Source: Solirubrobacteraceae bacterium
GTDB taxonomy: Bacteria > Actinomycetota > Thermoleophilia > Solirubrobacterales > Solirubrobacteraceae
NCBI GenBank assembly: GCA_036389475.1
Contig: DASVPU010000052.1
Coordinates: 1 to 52,647, forward strand
Reading direction: 5' to 3'
Length of the DNA: 52,647 nucleotides
Shown piece by piece: positions 36,585-44,154 of this stretch; the stretch's first letter is position 1, and each line of letters opens with the position of its first letter. The position numbers and the translations under genes were made by a program. Below the pieces are notes generated by a model. It did no database searches. It was given only the letters and a program-made list of their open reading frames with translations, and was not told where the DNA came from.

Positions 36585-36744
36585 GACTGATATCTACTCG
36601 AGCTGGTCCACCTGCGTGACTGATATAGATCACCGCGATCCACGTCTACCCGCCGATCCAAGATAGATCCTCGATCCATTTTCACCGCAACGCGGTGGAG
36701 TGATACTGCGTTGGTCCTGACACTCCAACACGAGGAGACGAGCG
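36585..36744 (+). promoter_or_regulatory. repeat-rich, comparatively AT-rich promoter/operator region of the peptide operon
   Basis: GACTGATAT occurs at 36585 and 36618. GATCCA occurs at 36637, 36655 and 36673, an 18-nt period. Palindrome CACCGC-AAC-GCGGTG at 36683-36697. A possible -35 TTTTCA (36679) and -10 GATACT (36701). GAGGAG RBS at 36732. Confidence 0.4.
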
Positions 36745-37035
36745 ATGGCAAACGGAGATCTCGAGCAGCGGGTCGCGGCGCTGGAAGCCCAAGGCGGCCA
36801 GAGCGGCGGAGGCGCAGGCGGAGGCGGCGACGCAGGCCAGGTCCAAGCGTTCCTACAGGGCGCGCTGGCGGCGTATGCCGCGTCCCAGCAGCCTCAGGCC
36901 CAGGGGCTGCAGGCGGGCGGCGGGGCCGGCGGCGAACAAGGCCTCTTCGGGTGGAACCCGACGAAGTACGACTCGATCTTCTGGTGCAAGAGTCGATTCA
37001 TGTGCAACCCGCAGTCGGTTTCCTGCCTCTGCTAG
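36745..37035 (+). CDS. candidate RiPP (lanthipeptide-type) precursor peptide
   Basis: 96 aa, with GAGGAG 7 nt upstream. Gly/Gln/Ala-rich leader. The last ~30 aa, 'LFGWNPTKYDSIFWCKSRFMCNPQSVSCLC', hold all 4 Cys and 5 of the 7 Ser/Thr. It sits directly upstream of the kinase/LanC genes. Confidence 0.7.
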   Translation: MANGDLEQRVAALEAQGGQSGGGAGGGGDAGQVQAFLQGALAAYAASQQPQAQGLQAGGGAGGEQGLFGWNPTKYDSIFWCKSRFMCNPQSVSCLC

Positions 37036-37048
37036 CACGGCGACTGAC

Positions 37049-37137
37049 GACGACGGCCCATCAGGCACACGCAAGGCCAGCCTGTTCCGGCGGGAGGCGC
37101 CCCGTGGGGCGCCACCAGCCGGACGGGGGCCGTCGTC
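37049..37137 (+). promoter_or_regulatory. nested stem-loop between the precursor and biosynthetic genes (possible attenuator / processing site)
   Basis: Outer stem GACGACGGCCC (37049-37059) pairs with GGGCCGTCGTC (37127-37137). Inner hairpin GGCGCCCC (37096-37103) pairs with GGGGCGCC (37106-37113). No U-tract. Confidence 0.4.
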
Positions 37138-37152
37138 GCCGCCACAGACCAG

Positions 37153-38289
37153 ATGCAACAGATCGCACACCGCAAGCGTGCGGCTCTCATGAGCGAGAGC
37201 GATGTCGTCGACTATCTTCTCGAACGCAACCTGATCGACGCGGCTGCGATCGTCGACGGCGATCTGCGGCTCATCGATGCCTCGCGACGCAACACGAACT
37301 TCCGCGTGGTGCGTGAGCGGGCCTCCTCATACCTGCTCAAGCAGGGCGCAGGTCGTGACCCGTTCGTATCGACTGCGCGCGAGGCGTTCGTCTACGCGCT
37401 GCTCGCCGACGCCGGTGGGAAGGCGATTGCGCGGCTCCTGCCCCGGGTCTACGACTTCGACGCCGATCGCGAGCTGCTCATCATCGAGCTCTTCGAAGGT
37501 GCCGACGACCTGCGCGCCTACCACCACCGCCGGGGGCGCTTCCCGACATCGGTCGCGGCGCAGCTCGGCAAAGCACTCGCGCAGCTGCACGCGCTACCCG
37601 CTCGCGCCGGCGCAACGATGGGCGGACATGCGCTCGACGCTCCCGAGCCGGCCGGGTTGTTCCTGCACCGCCCGGGCCTTCCGGTCCTGCACGACCTCAG
37701 CGGCGCCGGCACGGACATCGTGCGCCTGATCCAGCGCTCGGACGGCGTCTTCGACGTGCTCGAGAGCATGCGCCGGCAGTGGCGGCGAGACCGCTTCATC
37801 CACCACGACATGCGCTGGGACAACGTCCTTGTCACTCGAACTGCGAGCGGTAAGCCGGCGTTGAAGCTCATCGACTGGGAAGCCGCGGGCCTGGGGGATC
37901 CGGGTTGGGACCTCGGTGGGATCCTCGGCGACTACCTCGCCTGCTGGATCACCTCCATCCCGCTCACCGGCCACGACACGCCCGACCGTTATCTGGGTCT
38001 GGCTCGCTACCCGCTGAAAGCGATTCAACCGGCGCTGGGCGCGTTGTGGAACGCCTACGTAGCCCAGGCGGGGCTGACGGCGAGCGAGTGCCGCGAGCTG
38101 CTGATCGCGACGGCGAGATACACGGGGCTGAAGCTCATGGAGATGGCACTTGAACACGTCCAGCATCAGCCAGAGTGCAACATGACGGCGGTTACGCTCG
38201 TCCAGGTCGGAGTCAACATCGTGACCAGTCCCGAGCATGCAGCTCGCGTGCTGCTATCGCTCGCCGCGCCGTCTGAGGCTTTGCAGTGA
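37153..38289 (+). CDS. protein-kinase-like phosphotransferase (APH/MtnK-type), putative peptide Ser/Thr kinase
   Basis: 'FIHHDMRWDNVLV' (HxDxxxxN catalytic loop) and 'LKLIDWEAAGLGDPGWDL' (metal-binding Asp). N-lobe 'RNTNFRVVRERASSYLLKQG'. An alternative ATG lies at 37189. Confidence 0.75.
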   Translation: MQQIAHRKRAALMSESDVVDYLLERNLIDAAAIVDGDLRLIDASRRNTNFRVVRERASSYLLKQGAGRDPFVSTAREAFVYALLADAGGKAIARLLPRVYDFDADRELLIIELFEGADDLRAYHHRRGRFPTSVAAQLGKALAQLHALPARAGATMGGHALDAPEPAGLFLHRPGLPVLHDLSGAGTDIVRLIQRSDGVFDVLESMRRQWRRDRFIHHDMRWDNVLVTRTASGKPALKLIDWEAAGLGDPGWDLGGILGDYLACWITSIPLTGHDTPDRYLGLARYPLKAIQPALGALWNAYVAQAGLTASECRELLIATARYTGLKLMEMALEHVQHQPECNMTAVTLVQVGVNIVTSPEHAARVLLSLAAPSEALQ

Positions 38290-40709
38290 GTGAACATCTT
38301 CGTCAGGTACAGCAGGTCGTGGGGGCCGTCGAGATCACCTCACCCACGTCGTTCACCTGGTTTGGTGCGCCGTCGGGGCAGCTGCCGGCGCGAGTCAGGC
38401 GCGAGATCGATGCGGCAGTTGCGCGATCTCACCTGTTGTTCACCCTTCGCAATCACCTCTACAAGGACTTCTACTGTGTCGGGTTCGCTTCACGCATGGC
38501 GCCGGAGGTGGGCGAGGCGTCGGTTTCATGCCAGGAGACCCAGCTGACGCGCGAGCTGGCGCGCGCAAACCGTGGCTGCGGCTACTGGCAGCCGGGGTGG
38601 GTCGTGACGGGCCGCCACGACGAGATGGTGGTCGTACGCCGCGACGGGCTGGAGCTCTGGATCGCGACCGAGGACTGCAGGCCCTGCGCGGGCGGATCGA
38701 TCGCACCTGCGTCCGACGTCGCGCTACGGCTGCCAAACGGCTCGTGCGAGCTCTCGCCCGGCTACTACTCGGCGATGAGCGACGAAGCACTGGACCCAGA
38801 GGGGAGGGGGGGCACGCTCGTTCGCCTGTACTGGAACGTCGCGCCGGCGTCGGCCGCATGCCTCATGATCGCGATCACCTCCCACCTGAATGCTGCGCGC
38901 CTGCCGTTCAGGCTGAAGATCCTCAGCGACGCGCTCTCCTACGGGCGTTGTGACACCGCCGTGCTGTACATGCTCAAGGACGATCTCAAGGCAGGTGCTC
39001 GCGAGCTGGCGCGGGCGTATGCCGAGGCGCTTGACGGCCTGCGGCCGGGGACCCCCGCATTCACGAAGGAGATCGCGCATGGAGTGAGCCTGGCGGAGGA
39101 TGCCGGCGACGGTGAGAGCTTCGGGCAGCACCGCTGCGAGCTGCTCGCCGAGGGACTGATCCGCGCGTCCGAGCACGGTCACCGCAAGCTCGAGCAGCGC
39201 ATGGCGAGCGTGGAGGGGACGTTCGCGCAGGCGGGCGTGGACTTTGAGCTCCCCTATCTGCGGCACGGCTCGGCGGATGACTACGACCTCGTGCTTGCGC
39301 CACAGCCGGCGGTGCGACGCGCGCGAGGAGCGACTGATCGCTCGCCCGACGCCGCCGCGTTCCTCGCGATCGCCACTCAGATCGGGGAGCGGCTCGTCGC
39401 CGAAGCGGTATGGGACGAGGATCGCTGCAACTGGCTGGCGCTGCTTCCCCACGCGATCACGACGCGGCAGATCGGCCTCTCCTATGGAGCCCTGAACCAC
39501 GAGCTCTACGACGGCACGAGCGGGATCGCGCTGTACCTCGCCCAGCTGCACTGCCTCACCGGCGACGAAGCACTGCGCCGGACGGCGCTCGGAGCCGCGC
39601 GGCAGGCGCTACGCGTCGCCGCGCAGGACAGGTTAACGATCGGCTTGTACACCGGGACGCTCGGCATCGCCTTCGCCTCGGCCTGCGTCGGGATGCTGCT
39701 GTCAGAGGACTCGCTCGCGCCGCTCGCGGCCCGCCTCGTGCGGCGAATCTCCGACGGCGAAGGCGAGATCGCTGGCTTCGACTTCCTCTCCGGGCGCGCC
39801 GGCGCGATCAGCGGCCTGCTGATCCTGCACGAGGCGCTCGGGGATCGGCTGTTCCTCGCGCTTGCCAGACAGCTCGGCGACGACCTGGTTGCCAGCGCCG
39901 AGCGGACGCCGCGGGGCTGGTCATGGGTCTCTGACATGGAAGGTGGCAACCACCCCAACCTCACGGGTCTGTCGCACGGTGCCGCCGGTGCCGGACACGC
40001 CCTGCTCGAGCTCTTCGACGCAACCGGTGACACGCTGTATCGTGCGGGCGCCGAAGGGGCCTACCGCTACGAGCGCTCCTGGTTCTACGACGACGAGCGC
40101 AACTGGCCCGACCTGCGCGAGCAGCCGCGCCGCAGCACGCAGCCTCGTCCTGGCACCTGCCGGGTCCAGTGGTGCCACGGCGCGCCGGGGATTGCGCTGG
40201 CGAGGATCCACGCCTATGAGGTCCTCGGCGACCCCGTCTACCGCGACGAAGCGCTGACGGCGCTGGCGACGACCGAGTCACAGACCGAGATGGCGCTGCG
40301 CCGCTCGACGTTGAGCTACTGCCTGTGCCACGGCCTCGGAGGCAACGCCGATGTCCTCCTGGAGGGTCGGCGACTACGTTCGCCAAACGCGGCCAACCGC
40401 GCCAACGGCGCCAACGTTGGCGGCTCGTTGCCGGTGCGGATCGGCGCCGCCGGCATCGGCGCGCACGCCGAGAGCGGGATGCCGTGGCCGTGCGGGATCC
40501 CGGTACCTGGGCGGGAGACGCCGGGGCTGATGCTCGGACTGGCTGGCATCGGCCACTTCTACATGCGCCTGGCGTTCCCCGAGGCGATCCCGTCGATGCT
40601 GCTGCCGCGCCGCGCGGACGTCGCCCGTTTCGCGGCGCTGGCAGGACCGCGCGACCGCATCGCAGTCGCCGATCACGATCCCCGGCTGGAAGAGAGGAGC
40701 CCGTCATGA
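38286..40709 (+). CDS. fusion protein: N-terminal HopA1-like (putative phospho-Ser/Thr lyase) domain + C-terminal LanC-type zinc cyclase
   Basis: GTGA overlap with the kinase stop. LanC motifs 'GLSHGAAGAGHAL', 'VQWCHGAPGIALA' and 'YCLCHGLGGNAD'. The N-domain carries 'LVRLYWNV', 'LPFRLKIL', 'YGRCDTAVLYM' and 'ESFGQHRCE'. Confidence 0.75.
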   Translation: MSEHLRQVQQVVGAVEITSPTSFTWFGAPSGQLPARVRREIDAAVARSHLLFTLRNHLYKDFYCVGFASRMAPEVGEASVSCQETQLTRELARANRGCGYWQPGWVVTGRHDEMVVVRRDGLELWIATEDCRPCAGGSIAPASDVALRLPNGSCELSPGYYSAMSDEALDPEGRGGTLVRLYWNVAPASAACLMIAITSHLNAARLPFRLKILSDALSYGRCDTAVLYMLKDDLKAGARELARAYAEALDGLRPGTPAFTKEIAHGVSLAEDAGDGESFGQHRCELLAEGLIRASEHGHRKLEQRMASVEGTFAQAGVDFELPYLRHGSADDYDLVLAPQPAVRRARGATDRSPDAAAFLAIATQIGERLVAEAVWDEDRCNWLALLPHAITTRQIGLSYGALNHELYDGTSGIALYLAQLHCLTGDEALRRTALGAARQALRVAAQDRLTIGLYTGTLGIAFASACVGMLLSEDSLAPLAARLVRRISDGEGEIAGFDFLSGRAGAISGLLILHEALGDRLFLALARQLGDDLVASAERTPRGWSWVSDMEGGNHPNLTGLSHGAAGAGHALLELFDATGDTLYRAGAEGAYRYERSWFYDDERNWPDLREQPRRSTQPRPGTCRVQWCHGAPGIALARIHAYEVLGDPVYRDEALTALATTESQTEMALRRSTLSYCLCHGLGGNADVLLEGRRLRSPNAANRANGANVGGSLPVRIGAAGIGAHAESGMPWPCGIPVPGRETPGLMLGLAGIGHFYMRLAFPEAIPSMLLPRRADVARFAALAGPRDRIAVADHDPRLEERSPS

Positions 40710-41809
40710 CAGATCGGTGTCGAAGCTGCGGGCGTCACGCACCACCCGTCGTCTGCTCGATCATCCCGTCCCACGTGCTCGCCGAGCTCAGCACTGGCGG
40801 AGGCGACGGCGGGCAGGACGCTGCAATCAAGACGCTCGCCGCCTCGTCCAGCGTCCGCGGGCAGCGCACGGTCACGGCGAGGCTGCTGCGCCAGCTCGAC
40901 ACCGGGATCGCCGGCCTGCTCCCTGCCGCCGCAGGAAACCACGAGCGCCAGACGATCTATGACGCGCAAGGCGAGACGCGCCTGCCTGGAGCCAAGGTCC
41001 GCGGCGAATCAGACGATCCGGCCCGCGATGCGATTGCGAACGAGGCCTTCGACGGCGCCGAGCGTAGCTACAGCTTCTTCAAGGACGTCTTCGGCCGCAA
41101 CAGCATCGACGGCCAGGGCGTGAAGCTCATCTCCTCCGTGCACTACGGCCAAGCCTTCGACAACGCGCTGTGGAACGGCACGCAGATGATCTACGGCGAC
41201 GGGAGCGGAGCGATCATCGCGCAGGGCCAGCTCACGAAGGCGATCGACGTCATCGGCCACGAGCTCACCCACGGCATCACCCAGACGACCGCCGGACTGG
41301 AGTACCGCAAGCAGTCCGGAGCGCTGAACGAGTCGTTCTCGGACGTCTTCGGCTCGCTCGTCAAGCAGCGTGTCCGGGGGGAGACGGCGGAGCAGGCCGA
41401 TTGGCTTATCGGCGAGCGGCTGCTGGGGAGCGCTCTGAAGGGAAAGGCACTCCGGTCATTGAAGGACCCGGGCCATGCGTTTGACTTCGATCGCCAGCCG
41501 GCACACGTGAACGACTACGTCGACCTGCCCGACGACAACGACCCCCGCAACGACAACGGCGGGGTGCACATCAACTCCGGCATCCCCAACCACGCCTTCT
41601 ACCTCGTGGCGACGACCCTCGGCGGGAACGCCTGGGAGAAGCCGGGGCAGATCTGGTTTAAGACGCTGACCGAGCGACTGCGACCGAAATCGGACTTCCT
41701 CGAGGCTGCCAACGCGACCGTTGACGTCGCGGGCAAGCTGTTCGGCGACGGCGGCTTGGAGCAGCGCGCGGTGCGCGCCGCATGGAGGGTCGTGGGCGTC
41801 TTGCGATGA
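40706..41809 (+). CDS. M4 (thermolysin-family) metallopeptidase of the signal-less protealysin-like type
   Basis: ATGA overlap with the LanC gene. 'VIGHELTHGITQ' (HExxH), 'GALNESFSDVFG' and 'GGVHINSGIPNHAFYL'. N-terminal 'VVCSIIPSHVLAEL' resembles the propeptide motif. No signal peptide. Confidence 0.9.
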   Translation: MTDRCRSCGRHAPPVVCSIIPSHVLAELSTGGGDGGQDAAIKTLAASSSVRGQRTVTARLLRQLDTGIAGLLPAAAGNHERQTIYDAQGETRLPGAKVRGESDDPARDAIANEAFDGAERSYSFFKDVFGRNSIDGQGVKLISSVHYGQAFDNALWNGTQMIYGDGSGAIIAQGQLTKAIDVIGHELTHGITQTTAGLEYRKQSGALNESFSDVFGSLVKQRVRGETAEQADWLIGERLLGSALKGKALRSLKDPGHAFDFDRQPAHVNDYVDLPDDNDPRNDNGGVHINSGIPNHAFYLVATTLGGNAWEKPGQIWFKTLTERLRPKSDFLEAANATVDVAGKLFGDGGLEQRAVRAAWRVVGVLR

Positions 41810-42129
41810 GGCTGACGGTGGTCCAGGGCGGCGGCATCGCCGGGCTCCTGCGGACGGTGTCGGCCGATTCGGCGTCGCTGGAGCCGGCGCAGGCCGATGC
41901 CCTCGAGGCCATGATCGAGGATGCCGGCCTGTTCGACCTGCCCGAGCGGCTGGGACCCGCCTCCTCGCACCCCGACGCGTTCGACTATGAGCTGACCGTC
42001 GAGGACGGCGAGCGGCGCAAGACGATCCGCGCCAGCCAGGACGCGCTGCCCGAGCAGGTGCGCGCGCTGATCCAGTGGCTGCAGTCGGTGCCGGGCCACG
42101 AGGAGCGAGTCCATGCGCCGGGCACCTAG
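41806..42129 (+). CDS. emfourin-like small protein (putative proteinaceous inhibitor of the adjacent M4 peptidase)
   Basis: ATGA overlap with the peptidase stop. 107 aa with 'MRLTVVQGGGIAGLLRTV ... PDAFDYELTVEDGERRKTIRA ... LPEQVRALIQWL'. Confidence 0.55.
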   Translation: MRLTVVQGGGIAGLLRTVSADSASLEPAQADALEAMIEDAGLFDLPERLGPASSHPDAFDYELTVEDGERRKTIRASQDALPEQVRALIQWLQSVPGHEERVHAPGT

Positions 42130-42154
42130 CGCTCAGTCCTTGCGGGGCGGACCG

Positions 42155-44110
42155 CTAGGATCGCTCCTGACGACCGCCGAGGTGCTCGGCGAGGAACTGC
42201 TCGGCAGCAGCGATGAAGCGCAGCTGGCTGTGCTCACCGACAAGGCTGTGGCCCTCGTCATCGAAGCGCAGGTACGTGTGCGGCACGCCGCTCTGCGTCA
42301 TCGCCTCCACCAGCGCCTCGGACTCCGCAACGCTCACGCGCGGGTCGTGGGCGCCATGCGCGAGGAGCACGGGGATTCGGATGTCGGCGGCATGAGCGAG
42401 CGGCGAGCGTGCCCAGAGGAGTTCCGCGTCGTGGCGCGGGTCGCCGATGCGGCGGCGTAGCTGCGGCGCGAGGCCCGCCCAGTACGGCGGCGTGCGCTCG
42501 ATCAGCGTCACGAGGTTCGTCGGGCCGGCGAGGGAGATCGCGCAGCGGAACACGTCTGGAGTGAACGCGGCGGCGGCGAGGGCCGCGTACCCGCCGTAGG
42601 ATGCGCCCGAGATCCCGATCCGAGCTCCGTCGGCGTGGCCCTCGTCGATGGCCCAGGCGACCGCGTCCACGAGATCGTCCTGCATCTTGGCACCCCATTC
42701 GCGGTCGCCGGCGGCCAGAAACCGCCTCCCGTAGCCGGTGGAGCCGCGGAAGTTGACCTGGATGCAGAGGTAGCCGCGGTTGGCGAGCCACTGCACCTCC
42801 GGATCGAACCCCCAACGATCACGGCCATAGGGACCGCCGTGGACGCTGACCACCGCCGGCCACCGTGCCCGTCCGAACGTGGGAAACGTCACGTAGCCGT
42901 GGACGAGCAAGCCGTCACGCGCGCGAAAGCTGAAGGGCTCCATCCGCGCCAGGCGGTAGCGGCTCAGCGCGGGGCGTGTCTGGAAGAGCAGCTCTGGCTT
43001 GCGCGAGCGCCGGTCGTAGAGGTGGTAGACCGGGGGACGGTCGTCGGCGTTCAGCCGCACGATCCAGCGCTGATCGGCATCGTCGCGGCTCGTCAGGTGC
43101 GGATCGCCTCGGCCGAGCTCGCCATGGGCCGCGAGATCCGGCTCGAGCGCGCGGTCGACGACGAGGTAGCGCAGCCGCTCGCCGTCGACCGTGGCCAGCT
43201 GCGGCTCGTGCGTATGCGGATCGATCCGCACGCCGGAGATGTCGAACGACGGATGCCCCGCGATCTCGCGCGCGCTGCCGTCGTTCAGATTGAGGCGGTG
43301 CAGGCGCGCCGTGTCTTCGCCGAAGGTGCAGACGGCGAACAGCTCGCGGCCGTCATCGCTGAAGCCGAAGGCAGAGGTGGCGAACGCATCGTCGGCGTCC
43401 GCGACGAGGATCGTGCGCCACGTGCCCGGGCCGGCGTCGCGCACCCAGATCTCAAGGCCGCCGTCCGCCCGCGGGTGGATCCCCCCGCGCGGGCGCAGCT
43501 GATGATCGACCACCCACGAGGGAAACCAGGAGAACCCCGGGTTCTTCTCGGCCAGCTCGATCTCACCGGTCGCGATCCGGATCCTGTAGGCGTCGTGCAG
43601 CTCGGGGTCGTCGCGATTGAGGCCCACGAGCGCCTCCCCGGGCACGGCCGGCTCGAGCCCCAGCAAGCGCGCCTGGACACCATCGAAGGGCGTCAGGTCG
43701 CGATCCTCGCCCGTCTGCACGTCGACGGCGTGCAGATGCCAGTTCTCGTCGCCGTCGCGGTCCTGGACGTACAGCAGATGGCGGCCGTCGTGTGCCCACG
43801 CGTGGCCCATGATGCTGCGCCGGGACTCGCGCGTCAGCGGTCGCGCTCGCGTCGAGTCCAGATCGCCAACCCAGATGTTGGAGATTCCGCCGCTGGGCGC
43901 GAGGTACGCGATGCGTCGACCGTCGGGCGACAGCGCCGGCGCTTCTCGCTGGGGATTGTCGAAGAGCACGCTGCGCGCAATCAACCCGGCCTCCGCTTTC
44001 GCTGGCGCACCACGTTTCGACGGGCCGGCGTCAGCCATCGTCCCGCTGCCGTTCACGGCCCCGGTCAGCGCGGGCTCGCGGGCATGTCCGGCGCACCCTG
44101 TACAGAACAT
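42155..44110 (-). CDS. S9 family serine peptidase (prolyl oligopeptidase / dipeptidyl peptidase type)
   Basis: N-terminal beta-propeller repeats ('LSPDGRRIAYL', 'WAHDGRHLLY'). Catalytic 'GISGASYGGYAALAAAAF'. C-terminal 'HGAHDPRV' and 'DEGHS'. The start may be ATG 44038. Confidence 0.85.
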   Translation of the reverse strand: MFCTGCAGHAREPALTGAVNGSGTMADAGPSKRGAPAKAEAGLIARSVLFDNPQREAPALSPDGRRIAYLAPSGGISNIWVGDLDSTRARPLTRESRRSIMGHAWAHDGRHLLYVQDRDGDENWHLHAVDVQTGEDRDLTPFDGVQARLLGLEPAVPGEALVGLNRDDPELHDAYRIRIATGEIELAEKNPGFSWFPSWVVDHQLRPRGGIHPRADGGLEIWVRDAGPGTWRTILVADADDAFATSAFGFSDDGRELFAVCTFGEDTARLHRLNLNDGSAREIAGHPSFDISGVRIDPHTHEPQLATVDGERLRYLVVDRALEPDLAAHGELGRGDPHLTSRDDADQRWIVRLNADDRPPVYHLYDRRSRKPELLFQTRPALSRYRLARMEPFSFRARDGLLVHGYVTFPTFGRARWPAVVSVHGGPYGRDRWGFDPEVQWLANRGYLCIQVNFRGSTGYGRRFLAAGDREWGAKMQDDLVDAVAWAIDEGHADGARIGISGASYGGYAALAAAAFTPDVFRCAISLAGPTNLVTLIERTPPYWAGLAPQLRRRIGDPRHDAELLWARSPLAHAADIRIPVLLAHGAHDPRVSVAESEALVEAMTQSGVPHTYLRFDDEGHSLVGEHSQLRFIAAAEQFLAEHLGGRQERS

Positions 44111-44154
44111 CCGACACGACTCTCATTGCACCTCGGAGTGGTAGCTCGATACCT

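Noticed and set aside
36875-37192. 105-aa plus-strand ORF (and 36853-37170 on the minus strand) overlapping the precursor gene and the hairpin region. I considered it as a possible second precursor.
   Set aside because: It has no RBS and its Arg/Ser/Pro-rich sequence has no Cys-rich core. It overlaps the well-supported 36745-37035 frame and the RNA structure.
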